Shown: piece after piece, positions 49,661 to 58,629 of the stretch
Layout: every line of letters begins with the position of its first letter
How positions within the stretch are numbered: the first letter of the stretch is position 1
DNA from: Massilibacteroides sp.
GTDB taxonomy: Bacteria > Bacteroidota > Bacteroidia > Bacteroidales > Tannerellaceae
Reading direction: 5' to 3'
Length of the DNA: 64,000 nt
Assembly: GCF_028705895.1 (NCBI RefSeq)
Contig: NZ_JAQWCQ010000014.1
Coordinates: 609 to 64,608 of the forward strand
The notes under the pieces: generated by a model
Database searches by the model: none
Told to the model about the DNA's origin: nothing
What the model saw: only the letters and a program-made list of their open reading frames with translations
Translations under genes and position numbers: made by a program

Positions 49661-50311
49661 ATGGCCAGAGAACGGAAATATACAAAAAATGAAGAACTAT
49701 GGAATGCGTCTTCGCATGCATTCGGGATTCTACTTGGAGTGGTTGCCGGATATTATTTGCTCAAAGCTGCTTCCGGAAATAGTTGGGCGGTAGGTAGCGT
49801 CTTGGTTTACCTGTTTGGTATGTTAACCTGTTATGTACTTTCTACCTCTTATCATGCAACAGTAAATGAAAAAAGAAAACAATTGTTGCAGAAATTCGAC
49901 CATGCCTCCATTTATCTTCATATAGCAGCCTCCTATACTCCCTTTACATTGGTTACTTTACGAAACGAAGGTTATTGGGGATGGGGTATCTTTGCCTTTG
50001 TCTGGCTGGCAGCGATTATCGGAGTAGTTCTCAGTTTTCGGAAATATGAAAAGCACAATTATTTCGAGACTATTTGTTATATCGTGATGGGTTGCTCCAT
50101 ACTTGTCGCATTGAATCCGCTGTTAGCTGCATTTACAGCTACGGGTAAAATAGAGGCCTTCTATTGGCTGATTGCCGGCGGAGTATCTTATATCGTAGGA
50201 GCATTATTCTATTCCTTTGCGAAATTACGTTATATGCACACCGTTTTTCATTTCTTCGTTTTGGGTGGAAGTGTGTGCCATATCTTGGCTATTTATTTAG
50301 TTGTCGCTTGA
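49661..50311 (+). CDS. Hemolysin III / PAQR-family membrane protein
   Basis: The ORF-track start is TTG 49628. ATG 49661 (MARERKYTKNEELWNASSHAFG) is preferred. It has seven hydrophobic segments and the motifs NASSHAFG, YHA, DHASIYLHIAASYTPF and HTVFHFFVLGGSVCH. Confidence 0.85.
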   Translation: MARERKYTKNEELWNASSHAFGILLGVVAGYYLLKAASGNSWAVGSVLVYLFGMLTCYVLSTSYHATVNEKRKQLLQKFDHASIYLHIAASYTPFTLVTLRNEGYWGWGIFAFVWLAAIIGVVLSFRKYEKHNYFETICYIVMGCSILVALNPLLAAFTATGKIEAFYWLIAGGVSYIVGALFYSFAKLRYMHTVFHFFVLGGSVCHILAIYLVVA

Positions 50312-50339
50312 TAATCGGATTCTTCCTTTAACTTGTAAA

Positions 50340-50388
50340 AATCACTACATATAGTGATTGTAGCACCGATTGTTTCAGGATAATTTTG
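50340..50388 (+). promoter_or_regulatory. Palindromic operator (AATCACTACATATAGTGATT) overlapping a Bacteroides-type promoter (ATTG-N20-TAATTTTG); copy A
   Basis: The palindrome is at 50340..50359 (9 of 10 pairs complementary), the -33-like ATTG at 50357..50360 and the -7 box TAATTTTG at 50381..50388. The gene ATG is at 50417. The same architecture is found at 55116..55164. Confidence 0.55.
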
Positions 50389-50416
50389 CGGTATGAACTA
50401 AAATCATACCCATAAG

Positions 50417-52705
50417 ATGAAACGGTGTTTACCCTATTTACTTTTTGTATCAACTTTTCTTTCTGTTGATTTTCTTTACGCGAACGAACCGGTGTTGAAT
50501 GATACAGTCAAAACATACACGATTGGTGAAGTAGTTGTTACCTCTTCTACAAAAGAGACAAATCAATTCCGATATATACCGGCCGCAGCTTCTGTCCTGA
50601 CTCCACAAGGAATTGCTGCGCGACAGATTGAATCACTGAAAGATATTAGCTTCTATGTACCCAATTTGTATATGCCGGATTACGGTTCCAAATATACATC
50701 CGCCATCTATATACGTGGCATAGGCGCGCGTAGTAGTGGACAGTCGGTTGGGCTTTATGTAGATGATATACCTTATCAGGACAAAAGTACGTTTGATTTT
50801 GAATTGATGGATATCCAGCGGATTGAAGTCCTGCGCGGTCCGCAAGGAACTTTATACGGACGAAATGCCATGAGTGGTATTATTAATGTCTATACCCTGT
50901 CTCCATTATCGTATCAAGGAACCAAGCTAAGTCTAAGTAGTGGTAATTATGGCTTGTTTAAAGTCCGTGCATCTCATTATGCAAAATTAGCCGAGAATAT
51001 GGGACTTTCCGTCGGAGGGTATTACGACCGCAATGATGGTTTCTTTACAAATGAATATAATGGAAAGAAAGCGGATAAGGAAGAATCTGCCGGAGGAAGG
51101 GTAAAGTTTGAATGGCTAATAACCCCTAATCTTACGCTTAATTACGGGGTAAATATAGATTACACAGATCAGGGAGCTTTTCCATACCGACTATACAATC
51201 CGCAGGACGGGTCATTGCAGCCTGTAAACTATAACGACCGGAATACCTACACCCGGACGATGCTGGCGAATAATCTCCAGTTGGCTTATAAGGGACAAGA
51301 CTATACGTTGACAAGCACAACCGGATATCAATATTTCAAAGATAATATGTGGTTAGATCAGGATTTTACCGATTCTACCATGTTTACTCTCAATCAGAAA
51401 CAAAAACAACACGCGATCAGTGAAGAATTAGCCGTTAGAAGTACAACGGCAAATAATTATCAATGGTCTTTCGGTGCTTATGGCTTCTATCAAAATCTGC
51501 GTACCGAAGCTCCAGTTGCGTTCAAAGAAGATGGTATTAAATACATTCTCCAATCTACTTTTGATCGTTTATCTGAAATATACCCTACAATGCCTGATTT
51601 TGTCGTGTTGGACGAACAGTTGGAAATACCCGGTACATTTAAGACCCCCTATTATGGAGCTGCGTTGTTCCATCAGTCAACATATAATAACTTGTTTACC
51701 GAAGGACTTTCGCTTACTGCGGGATTGCGATTGGATTATGAAAAACAGGAAATGCGCTATAACTCTGAGGCTTTGATGCGATTGGGAATGTTACGTGCTC
51801 CCAATATGCCTCCTGTGGAAATTCCATTAGACCCTTCAGTCGTAAATGAGCATCTTTCGCAGGATTTCTGGCAATTATTACCTCGTATCAGTCTGAAATA
51901 TGCCTGTACGGATCGAACTTTTACATACCTTTCCGTTGCTAAGGGATATAAAACAGGAGGATATAATTTTCAAATGTCGGCAGACTATATGCAAGGACAG
52001 ATGCAATACGATATGATGAATAAGTATATGCCTTCTATGGCTGTTGAGCCTATGCCAATCGATAGCATTGCTTCTTATAAACCGGAACAGAGTTGGAATT
52101 ATGAGGCCGGGATCAGAAGTGAACTGATTGAGAATGTGCTGAAGGCTGAACTAACGCTTTTTTATATGGATATTAAAGATATACAGTTGACGCAGTTCGT
52201 AGCAAGTGGTCACGGACGAATCCTTACTAATGCCGGAAAAGCCAAAAGCTATGGCGCGGAATTATCCGTGCAAGCCAATTTACTACCGGGACTGAATGCG
52301 GATGTAAATTATGGTTATACTCATGCCACTTTCCGCAACTATAATGATGGGCAGAACGATTTTAAAGGACATTATGTCCCTTACACCCCGCGCCATACAT
52401 TTAGCCTTGGGTTGAATTATAATAAATTGTTTACCTCCGGCTGGATCGATCAACTCTTTGCCTCAGCACAATATGGCGGAGCAGGTAAAATTTACTGGAC
52501 GGAACAGAATGATATATCTCAATCCCTTTACGGCACATTGAATATGAAATTCGGTTTCCGTAAAGGGAATATACGAGTTGATCTATGGGGACGTAACCTG
52601 ACTGATAAAGATTATTCCGTATTTTATTTTAGTTCGCGGAATAACTCATTCTTGCAACAAGGTAAGCCGGTTCAGTTTGGAGCCGAAATAACTTGGGTGT
52701 TTTAA
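50417..52705 (+). CDS. TonB-dependent outer-membrane receptor (non-SusC type)
   Basis: 762-aa ORF with a signal peptide, TonB-box-like IGEVVVTSS, plug (IYIRGIGARSSGQSVGLYVDDIPY; IEVLRGPQGTLYGRNAMSGIINVYT) and a C-terminal barrel ending ...ITWVF. Confidence 0.9.
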   Translation: MKRCLPYLLFVSTFLSVDFLYANEPVLNDTVKTYTIGEVVVTSSTKETNQFRYIPAAASVLTPQGIAARQIESLKDISFYVPNLYMPDYGSKYTSAIYIRGIGARSSGQSVGLYVDDIPYQDKSTFDFELMDIQRIEVLRGPQGTLYGRNAMSGIINVYTLSPLSYQGTKLSLSSGNYGLFKVRASHYAKLAENMGLSVGGYYDRNDGFFTNEYNGKKADKEESAGGRVKFEWLITPNLTLNYGVNIDYTDQGAFPYRLYNPQDGSLQPVNYNDRNTYTRTMLANNLQLAYKGQDYTLTSTTGYQYFKDNMWLDQDFTDSTMFTLNQKQKQHAISEELAVRSTTANNYQWSFGAYGFYQNLRTEAPVAFKEDGIKYILQSTFDRLSEIYPTMPDFVVLDEQLEIPGTFKTPYYGAALFHQSTYNNLFTEGLSLTAGLRLDYEKQEMRYNSEALMRLGMLRAPNMPPVEIPLDPSVVNEHLSQDFWQLLPRISLKYACTDRTFTYLSVAKGYKTGGYNFQMSADYMQGQMQYDMMNKYMPSMAVEPMPIDSIASYKPEQSWNYEAGIRSELIENVLKAELTLFYMDIKDIQLTQFVASGHGRILTNAGKAKSYGAELSVQANLLPGLNADVNYGYTHATFRNYNDGQNDFKGHYVPYTPRHTFSLGLNYNKLFTSGWIDQLFASAQYGGAGKIYWTEQNDISQSLYGTLNMKFGFRKGNIRVDLWGRNLTDKDYSVFYFSSRNNSFLQQGKPVQFGAEITWVF

Positions 52706-52719
52706 AACATAATTGCTTT

Positions 52720-53742
<1,023 letters not shown>

Positions 53743-53890
53743 TTATTGATTGAAACATCTTGTTCTTTTTTCTATTACAAATGTACGACATTATATCATT
53801 GTCTTAAATGACAAAAAATATGCAATTTCTGCCAAATTATATATGCGTAAAAAATAAATAACTACTTTTAAATCTTGAAATTATTTTCAT

Positions 53891-54904
53891 ATGGAAAAAC
53901 AGTTTAAAATAAGACATGTCGTTTTCTTAGTTGCTCCGAATACAACGTTATTGACTACAGTCAGCCCGTTGGAAGTGTTTTCAAAAGCCGTGGATTTATT
54001 TGATTCGATTCAGCCTGATGTCGATTTCAACTATCAGACACATGTTGTCTCTATGGGTAAGGGGAAACAAATCAGCACATCATCGGGCTTGCCGATAGTA
54101 AGTGAAGGTTCATATACGGGAATTGATTTTCCAATTGATACGCTTATTATAACAGGCTTCGCACGTTATCTTGAGCCTAAACGAAAGGCTCTTTTGTTGG
54201 AATGGATAAAAAATGAATCAAGGAATATCCGAAAGGTATGTTCCGTTTGCTCCGGTGCTTTTATGCTTGCAGAGGCTGGTCTTCTTGATGGAAAAAGAGC
54301 TACTGCACACTGGTCAAAAAACGAAGAATTTGCACAAGCTTTCCCTTGTGTTGATGTGCAGACAGCCCGCATATTTATTAAAGATGGTAATGTATATACT
54401 GCGGCAGGGATCACTTCTGGTATAGATTTAGCATTGGCCTTGCTTGAAGAAGATCTTGGGAGAACTTTTGCATTACATGTTGCCCGATGGTTGGTTTTCT
54501 ATTTGAAACGTCCGGGAAACCAATCTCAATTCAGTACGTATTTAGACTGTAAAAAAATAGGACATCCGACAATACGAACTATTTGTGAATGGATAATAGA
54601 TCATTTGCAGGAAGATATTGTTGTCGAGGATTTAGCGGAGCAGGCGGCTATGAGTCCGCGTAATTTTGCTCGTGTCTTTGTGAAAGAGTTACGAATTACT
54701 CCAGCCAGGTTCATTAATAAACTGCGTGTGGAAAATGCAGGACGACATCTTATTGAAACGCAATTGTCGATTGATGAAATAGCCTCTCAGTGCGGATTGA
54801 AAACCGGGGAGAATTTACGCCGCCAGTTCCTTAATTTTATGGAGACTACCCCGGCTCAGTACAGAAAGAATTTTCAATCTTCGTTTCCTGAAGCAAGTAT
54901 TTAG
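53891..54904 (+). CDS. GlxA-type regulator: DJ-1/PfpI (class I glutamine amidotransferase-like) domain fused to an AraC HTH
   Basis: 337-aa ORF with CSVCSGAFMLAEAGLLDGKRATAHW (DJ-1/PfpI nucleophile elbow) and a C-terminal AraC HTH (VEDLAEQAAMSPRNFARVF...IASQCGLKTGENLRRQFLNFMETTPAQYR). Confidence 0.85.
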   Translation: MEKQFKIRHVVFLVAPNTTLLTTVSPLEVFSKAVDLFDSIQPDVDFNYQTHVVSMGKGKQISTSSGLPIVSEGSYTGIDFPIDTLIITGFARYLEPKRKALLLEWIKNESRNIRKVCSVCSGAFMLAEAGLLDGKRATAHWSKNEEFAQAFPCVDVQTARIFIKDGNVYTAAGITSGIDLALALLEEDLGRTFALHVARWLVFYLKRPGNQSQFSTYLDCKKIGHPTIRTICEWIIDHLQEDIVVEDLAEQAAMSPRNFARVFVKELRITPARFINKLRVENAGRHLIETQLSIDEIASQCGLKTGENLRRQFLNFMETTPAQYRKNFQSSFPEASI

Positions 54905-55085
54905 AGCTTGTCTAAATTTTTATAGGATATTTCTTGAGGGCTTGTTTCGGTCTTATTTCGTCTTCTTTTTTGCTTATCTGCATCTCCGCATTCAATCACA
55001 TAGCCCGCTATGTTCATTCATGCGGATATACAACTAAACAAAAAATAAAACGAAATAAGCCACGAATAAAAATTTAAACAGGCTC
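54904..55085. mobile_element. MITE-like non-autonomous element (182 bp) with terminal inverted repeats GAGCYTGTYTAAATTTTTAT and a TTA target-site duplication
   Basis: The left end is GAGCTTGTCTAAATTTTTAT (54904..54923). The reverse complement of the right end is GAGCCTGTTTAAATTTTTAT (55085..55066), giving 18/20 identity. The flanks are TTA (54901..54903) and TTA (55086..55088). There is no coding capacity. The arms remain partly complementary further inward. Confidence 0.6.
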
Positions 55086-55115
55086 TTAGATTGTTAAATC
55101 TGTTTTTTTGTGAAA

Positions 55116-55164
55116 AATCACTACATGTAGTGATTGTCATAGCGATAACTTCACGGTAATTTTG
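55116..55164 (+). promoter_or_regulatory. Palindromic operator (AATCACTACATGTAGTGATT, perfect 20-bp palindrome) overlapping a Bacteroides-type promoter; copy B
   Basis: The palindrome is at 55116..55135, ATTG at 55133..55136 and TAATTTTG at 55157..55164. The conserved AACTAAAATTATAC lies at 55172..55185 (copy A has AACTAAAATCATAC at 50396..50409). Confidence 0.55.
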
Positions 55165-55334
55165 CGAAGCAAACTAAAATTATACATTTCCCTTTTTCCA
55201 CATATATGGAAAAACTTTTCCACAGTTATAGTAAAGTTTTTCGATAACTGTCGAACAACTTTACTACATATATGGAAAAAGCGAAACGTACGGGATACCA
55301 GAGAAAATATAGGTCAGAAAACAAATGCTAAAAG

Positions 55335-57416
55335 ATGAATATTAAAATACTACTATTTGTAATAATGGGGTGTCTATGTACTCCAATGCTAAAGGCAGAA
55401 GAAGCAGATACGACAAGAATCAACAATCAGATAGATCTGGATGAGGTGGTCATTCAGTCTTTTAAAGAAGACAGGAGTCTCAGTACCGCTCCCATAGCGG
55501 CGACGGCTGTGAACGGAACGATGCTTAGAAACCGTGAGGTGTTAAGTATAAAAGATGTCAGTTCGCTTATTCCTAATTTGTTTATTCCGGATTATGGCTC
55601 AAAATTGACTTCTCCCGTTTATATTCGTGGAATCGGATCGAGGATTAATGCACCTTCAGTCGGTTTATATATCGATGGGATGCCGTTTTTTGAGAAATCG
55701 GCGTTTGATTTTGATTTTTCGGAAATAGACCAGATCGAAGTGTTACGCGGGCCGCAGGGAACGCTTTACGGACGGAATACTATGGGGGGGATTATCAATG
55801 TTTACACGAAATCTCCCAAAAAATATCAGGGAACAAGCTTACGTTTTACAGGAGGAAATTATAATAATTATAATGGGACGGTATCTCATTATGGGAAATT
55901 ATCGGATCGTGTTGCTTTTGCCGTCTCCGGTGATGTGACAAGTAACGGCGGTTATTTTACAAACGAATATACAGGAAAGAAGGCCGATGATTTGTTTGCC
56001 GTTTCAGGACGTGTACGCCTCGAATGGGATATGACTGATCGACTATCTTTACGTTTGACGAGTAGTCTCGACTATACCGATCAGGGTGGCTATCCTTATG
56101 CTCCGTACGATACGGTTAAACAGGCTGCAGGGGCAGTGAATTATAACGATTATAGTTCCTATAAACGCTTAATGTCCACTTCTGGTGTTAATCTGGAGTA
56201 CCGCACGGATCTTTTTAGCGTTAATAGTCAGACTTCCTATCAGTATCTTTCAGATGATCAGGGGATTGATCAGGACTTTTCACCCATAGATAAGTATTTC
56301 GTTACCCAAGAACAAAAACAAAGTATGATTTCTGAGGAGTTAAATATCAAATCAACCGGAAACGAGGAGTATAAATGGTTATTCGGAGGGTTTGCGTTCT
56401 ATCAAGGTTTTGATAATACGGTACGAATGAACTATAAACTTTTAGGTTATCATACGCATAAAGAATACGATATGCCTACCTATGGGATGGCTTTGTATCA
56501 CCAATCAACCTTTGATAATTTGCTGACAGACGGATTGTCGCTTACGTTGGGACTTCGTTATGATTATGAACATGCGAAAAACGATTACGCTGCATTTAAG
56601 GAAATAGATGGAGAAAGGAATGAAACAGATCGTTTCGACTCCAAACTGAGTTTTAGTCAGCTTACCCCCAAGATCGCACTTCAATATACGTTGCCTTCAG
56701 GCGCTATGTTGTACGGAACGATCACGAAAGGGTATAAGACCGGAGGATTCAATACTTCTTTCAATACCGAAGAAGATCATACATTCAAACCTGAGTATAG
56801 TTGGAATTATGAACTTGGTACAAAACTTGATATTTGGGATCAGTACCTTAGTGCGGAACTGGCTCTTTTTTATATCGATTGGCGTAAACAGCAAATCTAC
56901 CAACCGATTGCAAGCGGACAAGGTTTTATGTTGAAGAATGCGGGTAAATCAGAGAGTAAAGGTGTTGAACTCAGCTTGCATGGCCGTCCGTTCAGTGGGT
57001 TTCAATGGCAAATAAGCTATGGATATACTCATGCTAAATTTAAAGAATACAAACGTAGCGAAACGTTAGATTATTCCGGTAATTACCTTCCGATGGTACC
57101 CGCTAATACTTTAAATGTAAGTGCGGACTATACGATCTCTTCGTTATTCGATGTCTTAGACCGTATGACTTTCAGTTTGTCTTATACCGGTACGGGAGAT
57201 ATTTATTGGACAGAAGTGAATACGGCTACACAATCCTGGTATGGACTGTTGAATGGGAAAGTTTCAATGACCAAGGGAATCGCATCTTTGTCTGTCTGGG
57301 CAAAAAATATCACAAATACAGATTATACTGCTTTTTATTTCGAAGCATTGGGGAGTCGTTTTGCACAGAAGGGAAAACCGTTTACCTTTGGGGGCAGTAT
57401 AGCGATGACTTTTTAA
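55335..57416 (+). CDS. TonB-dependent outer-membrane receptor, paralogue of 50417..52705
   Basis: 693-aa ORF with a signal peptide, LDEVVIQSF, plug (VYIRGIGSRINAPSVGLYIDGMPF; IEVLRGPQGTLYGRNTMGGIINVYT) and an ending ...IAMTF. It is collinear with the other receptor by eye. Confidence 0.9.
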   Translation: MNIKILLFVIMGCLCTPMLKAEEADTTRINNQIDLDEVVIQSFKEDRSLSTAPIAATAVNGTMLRNREVLSIKDVSSLIPNLFIPDYGSKLTSPVYIRGIGSRINAPSVGLYIDGMPFFEKSAFDFDFSEIDQIEVLRGPQGTLYGRNTMGGIINVYTKSPKKYQGTSLRFTGGNYNNYNGTVSHYGKLSDRVAFAVSGDVTSNGGYFTNEYTGKKADDLFAVSGRVRLEWDMTDRLSLRLTSSLDYTDQGGYPYAPYDTVKQAAGAVNYNDYSSYKRLMSTSGVNLEYRTDLFSVNSQTSYQYLSDDQGIDQDFSPIDKYFVTQEQKQSMISEELNIKSTGNEEYKWLFGGFAFYQGFDNTVRMNYKLLGYHTHKEYDMPTYGMALYHQSTFDNLLTDGLSLTLGLRYDYEHAKNDYAAFKEIDGERNETDRFDSKLSFSQLTPKIALQYTLPSGAMLYGTITKGYKTGGFNTSFNTEEDHTFKPEYSWNYELGTKLDIWDQYLSAELALFYIDWRKQQIYQPIASGQGFMLKNAGKSESKGVELSLHGRPFSGFQWQISYGYTHAKFKEYKRSETLDYSGNYLPMVPANTLNVSADYTISSLFDVLDRMTFSLSYTGTGDIYWTEVNTATQSWYGLLNGKVSMTKGIASLSVWAKNITNTDYTAFYFEALGSRFAQKGKPFTFGGSIAMTF

Positions 57417-57422
57417 ACCAAT

Positions 57423-58628
57423 ATGATAGAAAAGAAGAAAGTATATAACTTGGGCACTTTCTTTGCCCTTTATATTGCTCAATCCATTCCGATGAGCTTT
57501 TTCTCAACAGTATTACCTGTTATGATGCGACAAGAAAATTTTTCTTTAGCATCAATCGGATTGTTGCAGTTGATCAAGTTGCCCTGGATATTCAAATTTC
57601 TATGGTCGCCGATTGTGGATAGAAATTGTCTGACCACAAATCAATTTAAATTATGGATATATTCTTCAGAACTATTGTATGCCGGGTTAATTTTTGGGGT
57701 GGCTTTTCTCGATTTTAAAACAGATTTTTATCTGATTCTTGTTCTCATCATCCTTTCTTTCATTGCTTCTGCTACGCAGGATATTGCAACCGACGCATTG
57801 GCCGTGTTGTCCTTTAACCGGAAAGATAAGAGTTTGGCGAATAGTATGCAATCTATGGGAAGCTTTGCCGGTTCTATGATCGGAAGCGGCTTGATGTTGC
57901 TGCTTTTCCGGCAGATGGGGTGGAATAACCTGTTGCCTTGTCTGGCACTGTTTGTTTTTATAGCCTTGTTACCGCTTTCATTGAATAAAGGGTTGGAGAT
58001 TCAGATACCCGATAGTTCTGTTAAAGCAAAGAAAGCTGATTTTATTTATTTTTTCAATCAAAAAGGAATATGGAAACAGGTTGGTTTCTTATTCTTATAT
58101 TATTCTGGATTGATTGGTACGCTGGCTATGATTAAACCTTATATGGTTGACCATGATTATGATATGAAAGAAATCGGATTGATGTATGGTATAGTGGGGA
58201 CTTCTGTGGGGGCTATTGCTTCTTTTTCTGCCGGCTTTATCGTTCGCAAAATAGGTCGTCATGCTTCGAGGGTGCTTTTTGCATTCGTTATCTTTATCAC
58301 AGCGGTTTTCTTTACCTTTATCACCTGGATGAACCCTACGCCGCCTGTGTTGTTTGCCGGTATATTTCTTATCTGGGGTAGTTATGGTATGGCCACCATT
58401 ATTGTTTATACTACGGCAATGGACTGCGTGCGTCCGGGACGGGAGGGGACAGATTTTACCGTACAAACCGTTATTACGCATTTGAGTAGTATGTGTATTG
58501 CAATCCTGAGTGGAAAATTGGCTGATATGTGGGGGTATCAGGGCTTGTTCTGTTTTCAGGCAACCATGGCGCTGACCTCATTAGTCTATGTATTAACGGT
58601 CTTCAAAGGAGAAAAACGTATCGATTAA
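57423..58628 (+). CDS. MFS transporter of the AmpG/PAT (peptide-acetyl-CoA transporter) type
   Basis: 401-aa polytopic ORF with the AmpG-family signature PWIFKFLWSPIVDR after TM2. It starts 6 nt after the receptor stop. Confidence 0.65.
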   Translation: MIEKKKVYNLGTFFALYIAQSIPMSFFSTVLPVMMRQENFSLASIGLLQLIKLPWIFKFLWSPIVDRNCLTTNQFKLWIYSSELLYAGLIFGVAFLDFKTDFYLILVLIILSFIASATQDIATDALAVLSFNRKDKSLANSMQSMGSFAGSMIGSGLMLLLFRQMGWNNLLPCLALFVFIALLPLSLNKGLEIQIPDSSVKAKKADFIYFFNQKGIWKQVGFLFLYYSGLIGTLAMIKPYMVDHDYDMKEIGLMYGIVGTSVGAIASFSAGFIVRKIGRHASRVLFAFVIFITAVFFTFITWMNPTPPVLFAGIFLIWGSYGMATIIVYTTAMDCVRPGREGTDFTVQTVITHLSSMCIAILSGKLADMWGYQGLFCFQATMALTSLVYVLTVFKGEKRID

Positions 58629-58629
58629 A

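Noticed and set aside
50312-50416. A cobalamin, haem or other known riboswitch upstream of the TonB-dependent receptors.
   Set aside because: The copy A leader is only ~20-30 nt long. I saw no B12-box-like (GCCACTG) or other familiar riboswitch core in either leader. The repeats in the copy B leader are reported separately as unexplained structure.
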